From positions 928,001-992,000 of the forward strand of contig OZ245046.1 in assembly GCA_965224245.1 (NCBI GenBank): a stretch of 64,000 bases of DNA, written 5' to 3'. Below the pieces are notes generated by a model. That model was not told the origin of the DNA. It saw nothing but the letters and a program-made list of their open reading frames with translations, and made no database searches. Of this stretch, positions 19,640-28,900 are shown piece after piece. Every line of letters begins with the position of its first letter. Position 1 is the first letter of the stretch. The stretch comes from Candidatus Eiseniibacteriota bacterium. Lineage in GTDB: Bacteria > Eisenbacteria > RBG-16-71-46 > CAZAMP01. The position numbers and the translations under genes were made by a program.

Positions 19640-20229
19640 TCGCGCATCTCCCTGGCGAGCTTCACCAGCGCTCGCGATACCGTCATGCGGGCTGCGTCGG
19701 CCGACGACTTGCTCAGCGCTACGGCAATGTGGCCGTAGCTACAGCCCATCTCGATCCGTGCGATGACCGCTTCGCGCTCGACCTCGCCGAGGCGCGCGAG
19801 CGCGGACTCGTATCGCCCGACCATCTCGCGTCCGATCGTCTCGTCGAGTGGAGACGGAGTTCGATCGTGATCCGAGTGCCAGATCTCATCCGGACCCGGC
19901 GCCCGGGTCGCACGACGCACCTCGTCGCGGATCCGGTTCAGAACGGCTTGCCGCATGTACGCCTGAAGCGCCCCCTCGCCGCGGTTCTGGAAGTCGTCAA
20001 TCCGGTCGAGGGTGCGAAGCACCGTGTCTTGCACGAGGTCGTCGGTATCGAGAAGGCCGCGCGCGCGGTTCGGGAGTCGGCCGGACGCCCATCGGCGCAG
20101 CCTCGGAAGGTAGCGTGCGCAGAGGCGGTCCAGGGCTCCTCGATCGCCCCGTCTGGCGAGCTCGAGAAGCTCGACGGACGACTCCATCGGGTTCCCGGCG
20201 TGATCGGGGGTCCGGTCGTCTCCGGCCAT
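19636..20229 (-). CDS. ECF-type RNA polymerase sigma-70 factor
   Basis: LARRGDRGALDRL..RYLPRL, DTDDLVQDT, region 4 LARLGEVEREAVIARIEMGCSY..IA...ARMTVSRAL; start uncertain (20271, 20229 or 20187). Confidence 0.92.
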   Translation of the reverse strand: MAGDDRTPDHAGNPMESSVELLELARRGDRGALDRLCARYLPRLRRWASGRLPNRARGLLDTDDLVQDTVLRTLDRIDDFQNRGEGALQAYMRQAVLNRIRDEVRRATRAPGPDEIWHSDHDRTPSPLDETIGREMVGRYESALARLGEVEREAVIARIEMGCSYGHIAVALSKSSADAARMTVSRALVKLAREMRE

Positions 20230-20340
20230 CCTTCCGTCCGCTCCAGGGTTCGCGCCGAACTGCGCGGTCAATCATACCCAGGATGACGGCTCGTGCCCGC
20301 TACCAAATCGACGAACCCGACCAGATTCGCTCGCTCGTCG

Positions 20341-20886
20341 TCATCGGACGAGCACCATCCGGTGCGTCTTCACGTACGCATCCGCCTCGAACCGGATGAA
20401 GTAGATCCCCGAGGCCACCGGGCTGCCGTGGTCATCGCGCCCGGCCCACCGAACCGACTTGTATCCGGGCTGCTCGTCGCCGTTCACGAGCGTTCGGACG
20501 AGACGCCCGGACGGCGCGTACACGCGCAAACGCACGGTGCCCCCGGGTGGGGGAACGTCGTACCGGATCTTCGTGACCGGATTGAACGGGTTCGGCGTGT
20601 TTGGATGAAGTCGGAACTGCTCTGGAAACGGGCCGCTCGGGTCGTGCGTGGAGAGAAGGGTCGTGGTGTCCGGCCGCGCCTCCCGGAAGCCCGAGGCGAT
20701 ACCGTAGCTCGTCGAGCCGGCCCGTCCCGCGATCGCCTGACCGTGTGTCGTGCGGAGCGCATACCGGCTCGTGGCCGTGCCGGAGCCGCCGGCGCTGAAC
20801 ACGTGACGCACGATCCCGACGGACGCGACGGCACTCGAACCACCGGCAACGAGCGCGACGAGCCAGATGAGGTCTCTGATCTTCAC
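20341..20886 (-). CDS. Small exported protein: short Gly/Ser-rich N-domain plus FlgD-Ig CTD
   Basis: AGGAGGAG RBS, signal peptide, VFSAGGSG..TSRYALRTTHGQAIAG..GSTSYGIASGF, then PNPFNPVTKIRY...SGIYFIRF. Confidence 0.85.
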   Translation of the reverse strand: MKIRDLIWLVALVAGGSSAVASVGIVRHVFSAGGSGTATSRYALRTTHGQAIAGRAGSTSYGIASGFREARPDTTTLLSTHDPSGPFPEQFRLHPNTPNPFNPVTKIRYDVPPPGGTVRLRVYAPSGRLVRTLVNGDEQPGYKSVRWAGRDDHGSPVASGIYFIRFEADAYVKTHRMVLVR

Positions 20887-20952
20887 GACTACGTCTCCTC
20901 CTCTCCAGAACGCGCACCTTCGAGCTCTCGGCGACGGTGCATCGGTAGAACC

Positions 20953-22821
20953 TCACTGCAGGCTGATGAGAACCAGTACGAGCCCCTGACCGCTCGACAG
21001 CGCCGACATCGCCTTGCCGACGATCGCTCCCGAGGAGCGCGACGGGTCGACGGCACGCATGACGTGACCCGGTGTCTCCGATGTCGTCAAGGGATCGCCG
21101 GGCTCGATCGGTCCCGCCGCCGCGTCGGCGAGCGCGTACACGCGCCCGCCGATCGCGACGTGCTGATCTCCTTCGAGCACGCCGACCTGAGCCAGCGTGA
21201 GTCCGGGTCGCACGCCGCCGGCGCCGCTGATGACTCCCGCCACGCGGCGGTCGTACGCGTGCCGGCTCATGGCGAGGTGCCCGGGCCGCTCGCGGTCGAT
21301 CACGACGACGGTTCCCGGCACCAGCGTCTCGGAATCGGACATTGGAAACGGCTCCGCCACGTCGGAGCCGCCGGTGATCTCGAGCACCCGGGTCGTCGTC
21401 GTACCCGACATGCCGTCCAGCTCGATGGTGGTGGTATAGCCGCCGTTCTCGACCTGGACGTTGCCCGGGACCCCGCCCCCGATGCGGACGCCGCCGGCCG
21501 CTCGGACGAACATCTGGTTCTCGGCGGTCGTGTTGAGGTCCATGTCCAGTCCGTCCGCGATCGCGATGGATCCGTAGTGCCAGACGTTGGCGCGGCGTCC
21601 GACGGCGAACGAGTAGCCGCCCCCCGCGAAGCAGTCTCGGCCGCCGGCGACGGCGGAGTAGTGGCCCGCGGCGCTGTTTCCATACCCACCCGCAACCACG
21701 CTGTAATCGCCGAGGGCTTCGTTCTGCCGTCCGGCACCCGCACGCGCGTGGGAGCCGCTCGCAACGTTGTCCTCACCGCCGCCGATGGCCGCGTAGTCGC
21801 CGCTGGCCTCGTTGCCGTAACCGCCGGCGACTGTCGCGCCGAATCCGCTGGCCGTGTTGCTCGCCCCGCCGCCGACCGCGGCCAGCGCGGAGTTGAGGAC
21901 ATCGGCATCGTCGCTGCCGGCCGTGTTGCCGTTGCCCCCGGCGATCGTTCCCCAGGAATCGGTGACGACGTTCGGGGAGGGAGTGCCCAGAACCTGGACG
22001 CCACCGCCACCGATCGTGGCGCCCTTGACGTCCGCGCTCACCGAGTTGATGCTCATCCCGCCGATCACGTTGGGGCCCGAAGCGGTCGTTCCGTCATACG
22101 CAACCGGTTCCAGCCGGAGCGCGATCGCGTTGTCCACCTTGAACACCAGGCGCTGGTCGTCGGTCGTTCCGATGAACTCGGAGCCGGGATCGGTTCCCGC
22201 GTTTCCATCGAGCAACCAGACGTCCGACATCATGATGTCGGAGGCCGAGGTCTGAGTGGTTCCGTCGGGAAACTTGAACCCGCCCGAGGTCGACCATACG
22301 GTCTCCGAAACCGTCACGTTCCCCGTGGCGGTGAGATCTCCGGATACGGTGAAGTCGTGGAGCGCTCGCTCGGCCGACTCGGCATGAAGGGCGAACGGTG
22401 CGCTCACGATTCGCTGATCGTCCATCTGCTCGAAGGGCTCTGCGAGATCCGTCGTCAGCCAGATCCGGAGGTAGCATTCGGAGCTCTCGTCGAGAAGATC
22501 CGTCGTGAGCGCGTCCATCGGCGCTTCACCGAGATCGACGCTGTATACGCCCTCGTCGACGTCGACGGAAACATACCAGTCCGTGGGCTCGCTGCCGCCG
22601 ACGCTGGATCCGTCGTGGGACCAGAGCGTGTTTGCACCGGCATCGACGATCGCGAACTTGAAGTACGCCGTGCCATCGAACGCGGTGTCCGGTTCTCCGT
22701 CGGAATCGGTGTCCTCCTCGAGAACGCCCTGAGTATTCATGATCGTTGCCTGCGCGTGCACCTCGGCACAGAACGCGAAGCCGAGCGTGATCCACGCGAG
22801 ACTGACGAGAGTCGTGTTCAT
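20953..22821 (-). CDS. Exported fibre/adhesin-like protein with Gly-rich 14-aa repeats and peptidase-G2-like C-terminal chaperone domain
   Basis: True start likely ATG 22821 (GGAGG RBS, signal MNTTLVSLAWITLGFAFCAEVHA); the ORF-track extension overlaps the upstream gene. Repeats GG..N.ASG..[SA].[VI].GG; C-terminal GSDVAEPF...AYDRRVAGVISG...GKAM. Confidence 0.8.
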   Translation of the reverse strand: MNTTLVSLAWITLGFAFCAEVHAQATIMNTQGVLEEDTDSDGEPDTAFDGTAYFKFAIVDAGANTLWSHDGSSVGGSEPTDWYVSVDVDEGVYSVDLGEAPMDALTTDLLDESSECYLRIWLTTDLAEPFEQMDDQRIVSAPFALHAESAERALHDFTVSGDLTATGNVTVSETVWSTSGGFKFPDGTTQTSASDIMMSDVWLLDGNAGTDPGSEFIGTTDDQRLVFKVDNAIALRLEPVAYDGTTASGPNVIGGMSINSVSADVKGATIGGGGVQVLGTPSPNVVTDSWGTIAGGNGNTAGSDDADVLNSALAAVGGGASNTASGFGATVAGGYGNEASGDYAAIGGGEDNVASGSHARAGAGRQNEALGDYSVVAGGYGNSAAGHYSAVAGGRDCFAGGGYSFAVGRRANVWHYGSIAIADGLDMDLNTTAENQMFVRAAGGVRIGGGVPGNVQVENGGYTTTIELDGMSGTTTTRVLEITGGSDVAEPFPMSDSETLVPGTVVVIDRERPGHLAMSRHAYDRRVAGVISGAGGVRPGLTLAQVGVLEGDQHVAIGGRVYALADAAAGPIEPGDPLTTSETPGHVMRAVDPSRSSGAIVGKAMSALSSGQGLVLVLISLQ

Positions 22822-22835
22822 GATCGGCGCCTCCG

Positions 22836-25415
22836 CTATTTGATCTCCACGACACCGGGACCCCACCCGGTGACGCGGCCGTGTTTGTAGAACGCGATCG
22901 GGGCTTCCGTGTAGGTCCCCGGTCGGATCGCGATCGTCGTGCCGATGCCGGCGGCATCGATGGCCTCGCCGACGGTGTCGTACGGGCTGGCCATCGAACC
23001 GTTCTCGAAGCCCGAAGCCTGCTCGTCCACGTACACGACATCCAGAGGCCGACATCGAAACATCCCGCGGCCATGCGTGGCGGCGATGAGGTTGTCGCCA
23101 CACCAGAAGAGGTCGTCGACTTCGACGTTTGCGGGTCCCTCGTTGGCGGGATAGTTCGTCATCACGCTCCAGCGCTGTCCGCGATTCTCGGACGCGAATA
23201 CGCCGAGATCCGTCCCGGCGTACATCCAGTCCGTGTTCGCGGGATGGAACTGGATCGTGTTCACCGGGATGGCCGGGAGATCGTCCGGAGCATCTCCTGA
23301 CCGCTGGACCCACGTCGATCCACCGTCGAAGGTGACCCACACGTTGTCCGGTTCATATCGGGAATAGGTGACCGCGACGATGTTGACCTCGTCCGGACAG
23401 ATCGCGATGTCGGTGACCCACCGGCTCACCGGTCCGGCGATCGTCGTCCACGTCGTCCCCCCGTTTCCGGACATACCGAGCGTGCCGTCGTCGTAGCCCA
23501 CCCAGACGAAGTTCCGGTCCGACTGAGCGACGTCGATGGCGCTGCAGAACGCATCGCTCGGGACGGGGCTTCGTACCTCGTACCAGCTCTCTGCGTAGTC
23601 AGACGTCTTCCAGATGCTCTTGCCGCCCGCGTAGAGAACGTGGGACGCCACGGGATCCATCGTGAACGGCGCGATGAAGAGCGCGGACACGCCGGCATCG
23701 CCGAGACCCGTCACCTTCGACGCCCACGTGGCGCCACCGTCATCGCTTCTCTTGATCTGGAGGTTTATGTACTCGCCGTACAGAATGCTCGGATCGTTGA
23801 AGTCCACGGCGCAGTATCCGCCATCTCCGGACTCGGCCTGAAACCAGCTGCCCGTCCCGCCCCCGGTGAGCCGCAGCGTGCTGTTGTCCTGCGTCCCGCC
23901 GATGATGACCGTACCCGCAGGATCGGATGCTCCACCGTAGAACTGCGTGATTCCGAGGTTGTCAGCGAGATTCGTCCAGCTGGTTTCGGTTGCCGTTCGA
24001 ATGTTCTGCACCATCTGGACGCCACCGTCGTTTCCGACGTAGACGCGAAGGTCGCTTCCACCGTAGCCCGGGATGGGCACGATCGCGTGTTGATCCGCGT
24101 GTGCGCTCGACCCATCGACGTGATAGAGATGCCAGTCGCTGATCTTCGTGAGCGTCACGCCCTCATCATCGCTTCTCCAGAGGTCGAGTCCGCCGACGAC
24201 CATGTCGAACGGAAACGTCTGGGGTGCCACCCAGATCGCATTCGCGTAGTCGCCGATGTTGCCGGCCGAATTGGAGAGGTAGCCGTAGCCCGTACACTGC
24301 CGAGTCCACAGTGAGCCGGTGTCGTCGGTGGAACGCCAGATCTCACCGTCATTGCGTTGCATCGAGATGTACATGTGCGCCGAGCCCTGGTGAAACGCCA
24401 CCTCACATCGCCCCGGGTCGACCGGGAAGCCGGGAGTGCTTCGGAAGGAAGTCCAGCTTGCACCGTCGTCCGGCGAGTAGTACCCATCGCTGGACGTACC
24501 GACGAGGATCCGGTTCGCGGAGGTCGGGTGGATCTCGATGTCGAGCGCCGGGCCCGTGGTCGCGAGCGCGGAGTCCCACGAGAGGCCTCCATCGGTGCTG
24601 CGCCACACCGTGTGTGGATGGACCGTCCAGTCGTCGGATCGGGTCGTCGCCCACAGCTCTCCGCTGCGGGCCGGATGGTGCGCGAGGCGGGTCACCCATC
24701 GGAACATCTCGTTGTCCGTGCTTGACAGCTGGAACCACGTGCTCCCGTGATTCGTGCTCTTGAAGATGCCCGCGCCCGGCAGTCCGCCCCCCAGCTGGTC
24801 TCCTCCGCTCAGGAACCCCTCGCCGGTCGACGCGTACAGGACTTCGGCATCGAACGGGTCCTGGACGATCGACGTGACGCCGAGGTTCGCCATGAAGTCG
24901 TCGATCAGCTGCCAGCTGCTCGCGGTCGGCGGACGCTTCCAGAGTCCGCCGGTGACGCCACCGATCCACAGCGTGCCGTCTGACTCGATGTGAAGCGCTC
25001 GTACGCGTCCGCCGATGTTCCCCGGGCCCAGCCAGTCCCAGTTCCAGATCCCGGCGTCTCGCTGCCCCGAACGCATCCGGTCCACTTGGTCCTTGGCGGA
25101 GGCCAGCGCTCCGATGGGGATCTGGCCGTCCTCGCCGGCTCGTTGGCGGCGCCGCTCCTCGGCCAGACCGTGCGGGTGCTCGGGGATGCGGTCACTCTCG
25201 GTAGTCAGCTTCGTGCCGGTCACATGCTCGCTACGCTCGATGCCCGGCGGATGAGCCGGCTCCTGCACCGGAACTCCGGTGCGCTGGTCGAGGATCGGAA
25301 GGACCACGGCGGTGCCGATCGCGATCGCGACCGCCGAGCGTTCGAGCGTTCGTGTACGGGTTCGTCGTTTCACGTGGCTCGCCTCCATCATCGGGAGCCG
25401 GTTCACTGTCCCCAC
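22836..25415 (-). CDS. BNR/Asp-box (VPS10/sialidase-like) beta-propeller protein with C-terminal DUF1565-like domain
   Basis: W.WLGPGNIGGRVRAL, many S.D.G.[ST]W Asp-boxes, HADQHAI, GNDGGV, GGTQDN, AATHGRGMF; tail VYVD.....NGS..SPYDTV.EAI...PGTY. Start uncertain (ATG 25391 possible). Confidence 0.85.
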   Translation of the reverse strand: MGTVNRLPMMEASHVKRRTRTRTLERSAVAIAIGTAVVLPILDQRTGVPVQEPAHPPGIERSEHVTGTKLTTESDRIPEHPHGLAEERRRQRAGEDGQIPIGALASAKDQVDRMRSGQRDAGIWNWDWLGPGNIGGRVRALHIESDGTLWIGGVTGGLWKRPPTASSWQLIDDFMANLGVTSIVQDPFDAEVLYASTGEGFLSGGDQLGGGLPGAGIFKSTNHGSTWFQLSSTDNEMFRWVTRLAHHPARSGELWATTRSDDWTVHPHTVWRSTDGGLSWDSALATTGPALDIEIHPTSANRILVGTSSDGYYSPDDGASWTSFRSTPGFPVDPGRCEVAFHQGSAHMYISMQRNDGEIWRSTDDTGSLWTRQCTGYGYLSNSAGNIGDYANAIWVAPQTFPFDMVVGGLDLWRSDDEGVTLTKISDWHLYHVDGSSAHADQHAIVPIPGYGGSDLRVYVGNDGGVQMVQNIRTATETSWTNLADNLGITQFYGGASDPAGTVIIGGTQDNSTLRLTGGGTGSWFQAESGDGGYCAVDFNDPSILYGEYINLQIKRSDDGGATWASKVTGLGDAGVSALFIAPFTMDPVASHVLYAGGKSIWKTSDYAESWYEVRSPVPSDAFCSAIDVAQSDRNFVWVGYDDGTLGMSGNGGTTWTTIAGPVSRWVTDIAICPDEVNIVAVTYSRYEPDNVWVTFDGGSTWVQRSGDAPDDLPAIPVNTIQFHPANTDWMYAGTDLGVFASENRGQRWSVMTNYPANEGPANVEVDDLFWCGDNLIAATHGRGMFRCRPLDVVYVDEQASGFENGSMASPYDTVGEAIDAAGIGTTIAIRPGTYTEAPIAFYKHGRVTGWGPGVVEIK

Positions 25416-25445
25416 GGGCTGGGTTAGACCTGCTCCCGGGTCTTA

Positions 25446-25481
25446 CCCCCGAAAACGAACGAGCCCCCGAAACCGAACGAG
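25446..25481. repeat. 18-bp tandem repeat (2 copies) in the divergent intergenic region
   Basis: CCCCCGAAAACGAACGAG followed by CCCCCGAAACCGAACGAG (17/18 identical). Confidence 0.7.
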
Positions 25482-25908
25482 CGCTTTCTGGAAACCGCGA
25501 AGCCCGGACATTGAGCCTCGCCGACGTGTCTGCGGAGGCCAAGAACTGGGTGCACGAGCACTCCGACGCAAAGATGCACGTGCTCGTGGTGGGTGGAGCC
25601 TCGCCGGACAGGTTTTCGCGCTTCTAGCAACGGGCGGCACCCGATCGCCCGTTCGGGGCCACGCACGGCCTCGTGTGTGACCGCTCGGGCCTTCCGACGG
25701 TCGGTCACGGATCGTGTCCTGATCCTCCCCGGGGGTCGATCCCGTTCGTCTCGCACATTCCCCGCTGACCCCAGCCTCTGAGCCACTCACCCCCTCATTG
25801 TGGTCAGACCCTCGACCAGCGTGTGTACTGGGTCCGAATGTCGCTCGGAGCGACAGCGACCTGGAGGGTGGTGGCCTCCAAGAACTCCGCCAGAAAGGAA
25901 GCCAGCCC

Positions 25909-28900
25909 ATGCGCATGGTTCACCGGGATCCAGAGCGAATCGACGCGGTTCTCGCGCTTCTCACCGGGTGCGCGTCGGTTCTGGTCGGTCTGACGATCAC
26001 GTCGCTCGGTCTCGCCGGCCTGCCGGGCTCCGCCCGGGCCGGCTCGCAGAGCTTCACCGAGGACTTCACCACCACCACGTTCAAGGACCCGGTCTACACC
26101 ACCGCCGACTGGGACACCGTTTCGGGCGAGCTCAAGCTGCTGCCTTTCGTGCCTTCTCTCGTCGGGGCCTACGACACGCCGGGTTCCGCGCAGGGCGTCA
26201 CGGTGGCGGGTGGCCTGGCCCTCGTGGCGGACGGGAGCTCCGGTCTCCAGATCGTGGACATCACCGATCCGTCGGCGCCGACGCTCGTCGGGACCTACGA
26301 TACGCCGGGTTTCGCGCAGGGCGTCACGGTGGCGGGTGACCTGGCCCTCCTGGCGGACGGGAGCTCCGGTCTCCAGATCGTGGACATCACCGACCCGTCC
26401 TCGCCGATGCTCCTCGGGACCTACGATACCCCGGACTACGCCTATGGTGTCACCGTGGCGGGGGATCTGGCATTCGTGGTGGACGACCAGTCCGGTCTCC
26501 AGATCGTGGACATCACCGATCCGACGGCGCCGACACCCGTCGGATCCTACGACACGCCCGCAAACGCCGTTGGCGTCACGGTGGCGGGGGATCTCGCCTT
26601 CGTGGCGGACTACGCGTCCGGTCTCCAGATCGTGGACATCACCGATCCGTCGTCGCCCACGCTCGTGGGGACCTGCGATACGTCGGGTTTCGCGCAGGGC
26701 GTCACGGTGGCGGGTGACCTGGCCCTCGTGGCGGACGGGAGCTCCGGTCTCCAGATCGTGGACATCACCGATCCCTCGTCGCCCACGTCCATCGGGGCCT
26801 ACGATACGTCGGGGTTCGCCCTCGGCGTCACGGTGACGGGTGATGTCGCCCTGGTAGCGGACGATGTGTCCGGTCTCCAGCTCGTGGACGTCACCGATCC
26901 CTCGGCGCCCACGCTCATCGGGACCTACGATACGTCGGGATCCGCTTACGGTGTCGCGGTGGCGGGCGGGCGCCTGGCCTTCGTGGCAGACGATGCTTCC
27001 GGTCTGCGGATCGTGAACGTCGCCGATACATCGCCGGTGACGTTTGTCGGGGCCCACGACACCCCGGGTCGGGCCTATGGCGTCTCGGTGGCGGGGGACC
27101 TCGCCTTCGTGGCGGACGATACGACCGGCCTCCAGATCGTGGACATCGCCGATCCATCGTCGCCGACGCTCGTCGGGACCTACGATACGCCGGACCTCGC
27201 CCGTGGCGTTACAGTGGCGGGGGACCTGGCCTTCGTGGCGGACGGGAACGCCGGCCTCCAGATCGTGGATGTCACCGATCCGTCGGCACCGACCCTCGTG
27301 GGGGTCTACGATACGCCGGGCTTCGCCTCTAACGTCACGGCGGCGGGGGACCTGGCCCTCGTGGCGGTCGGGAGCTCCGGCCTCCAGATCGTGGACATCA
27401 CCGATCCGTCGGCGCCGACGCTCGTCGGGACCTACAGCACGTGGCAACCCATCCTGGGCGTGACGGTGGCGGGGGACCTCGCCTTCGTGGCGGCCTACGG
27501 TAACGGGCTCCAGATTGTGGACATCAGCAATCCGTCCGCACCGACGCTCGTCGGGAGCCACGATACGCCGGGCCTCGCCCACGGCGTCGCGGTGGCGGGG
27601 GATCTCGCCTTCGTGGCGGACTACGAGTCCGGTCTCCAGATCGTGGACATCACCGATCCGTCAGCACCGACGCTCGTCGGGACCTACGATACGCCGGGCC
27701 GCGCCCACGAAGTCGCGGTGGCGGGGAACCTCGCCTTCGTGGCGGACTGGGACTGGCTTTCCGGTCTCCAGATCCTGGACATCACCGATCCATCGGCGCC
27801 GACGCTCGTCGGGAACTACGATAGCCCGGACTCCCCCTATGCCGTCACGGTGGCGGGGGACCACGCCTTCGTCGCGGACAGGAACTCCGGTCTCCGGATC
27901 GTCGAGTTCGCCCAGCATGACTGGGGCACGACGATCCAGAACGCCGGTCGGTCGCTGGTCGTGGACGGTGCGGACGACGCCATCGTGCGCGCCCGACTGA
28001 CGTCGACGCAGCTCGACGGCGTTCCCTGGATCTGGGAGCTGAGCTCCGACACGGGAGAGAACTGGACGCCGATCGCGCCCACGAGCACGTGGACCCGTTT
28101 GACGGATCCCGGAAGCGATCTCGTGTGGCGCTCGACGCAAGAGGTGGCAGGCGCCGTGAACCCCAGCGTGTCGGAGCTGACGATCGATTGGCTGAACGCG
28201 TTCGCACCGCTCCTTTCGATCACGGATGTGCCGGACGACCAGGGGAGACGCGTCGAGCTCTCGTTCACGCGGTCGGGCTACGACTTCGCCGACGAGGTGG
28301 AGCTGCCGGTGGTCGGGTACGCGGTCTATCTCCGGGTCGACGACGAGGCGAGAGCCGCCGAGGTCGTGAAGGACGGCGCGGCGCCGGCGCCGGCCGAGCT
28401 GGAGGGTTCTCCGCTCGACTCCTACGGGGCCTCCCGGGTCCGTGCGCTGGGAGATGACCGCTTCGTCCTCGGGGGTGATCTGGCGCGCGGGAGTGCGTTC
28501 CCTCCCGGTGTCTGGGAATCGGTGGCGTGGGTGCTGCCCACCCAGAGCGATCAGTACACGAGGGAGACGTTCACGTTCGCCGACTCGACGTCGGCCGGCA
28601 ACCACTGGTCGGTGTTTCTCACGGCCACGCACACCTCGGACCCGTCGATCTGGTTCACCAGCTACCCCGACAGCGCCTACTCGGTCGACAACATCCCGCC
28701 GAGCATTCCGACCGGGCTGGCGCTCGTGGGCACGGAGCTCTCCTGGGATTCCGCGTCCGAGTCCGACTTCGAGTACCACAGCGTGTACGGCTCGGCGACG
28801 GCGGGGTTCGATGGCACGGCAGCCCTGATCGGGTACACGGTCGATCCGACCTACGACGTGTCCAGCGAGTCGTATGCGTTCTATCACGTGACCACGACCG

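Noticed and set aside
20953-22821. Fibre gene as evidence of a prophage
   Set aside because: It has a Sec-type signal peptide, and there are no capsid, portal, large terminase or integrase genes nearby.
17525-22890. Long plus-strand ORFs (17525-19738, 20293-22890) and similar antisense ORFs elsewhere (25804-27582, 50593-52173, 60220-62064)
   Set aside because: They are shadows of well-supported genes on the opposite strand, expected at high GC, with Arg/Pro-rich, motif-free translations.
26150-27910. Regular ~126-nt repeats as a CRISPR array or DGR template/variable repeats
   Set aside because: They are in-frame coding repeats. No cas or reverse transcriptase gene is in the window, and differences do not appear confined to adenine positions.
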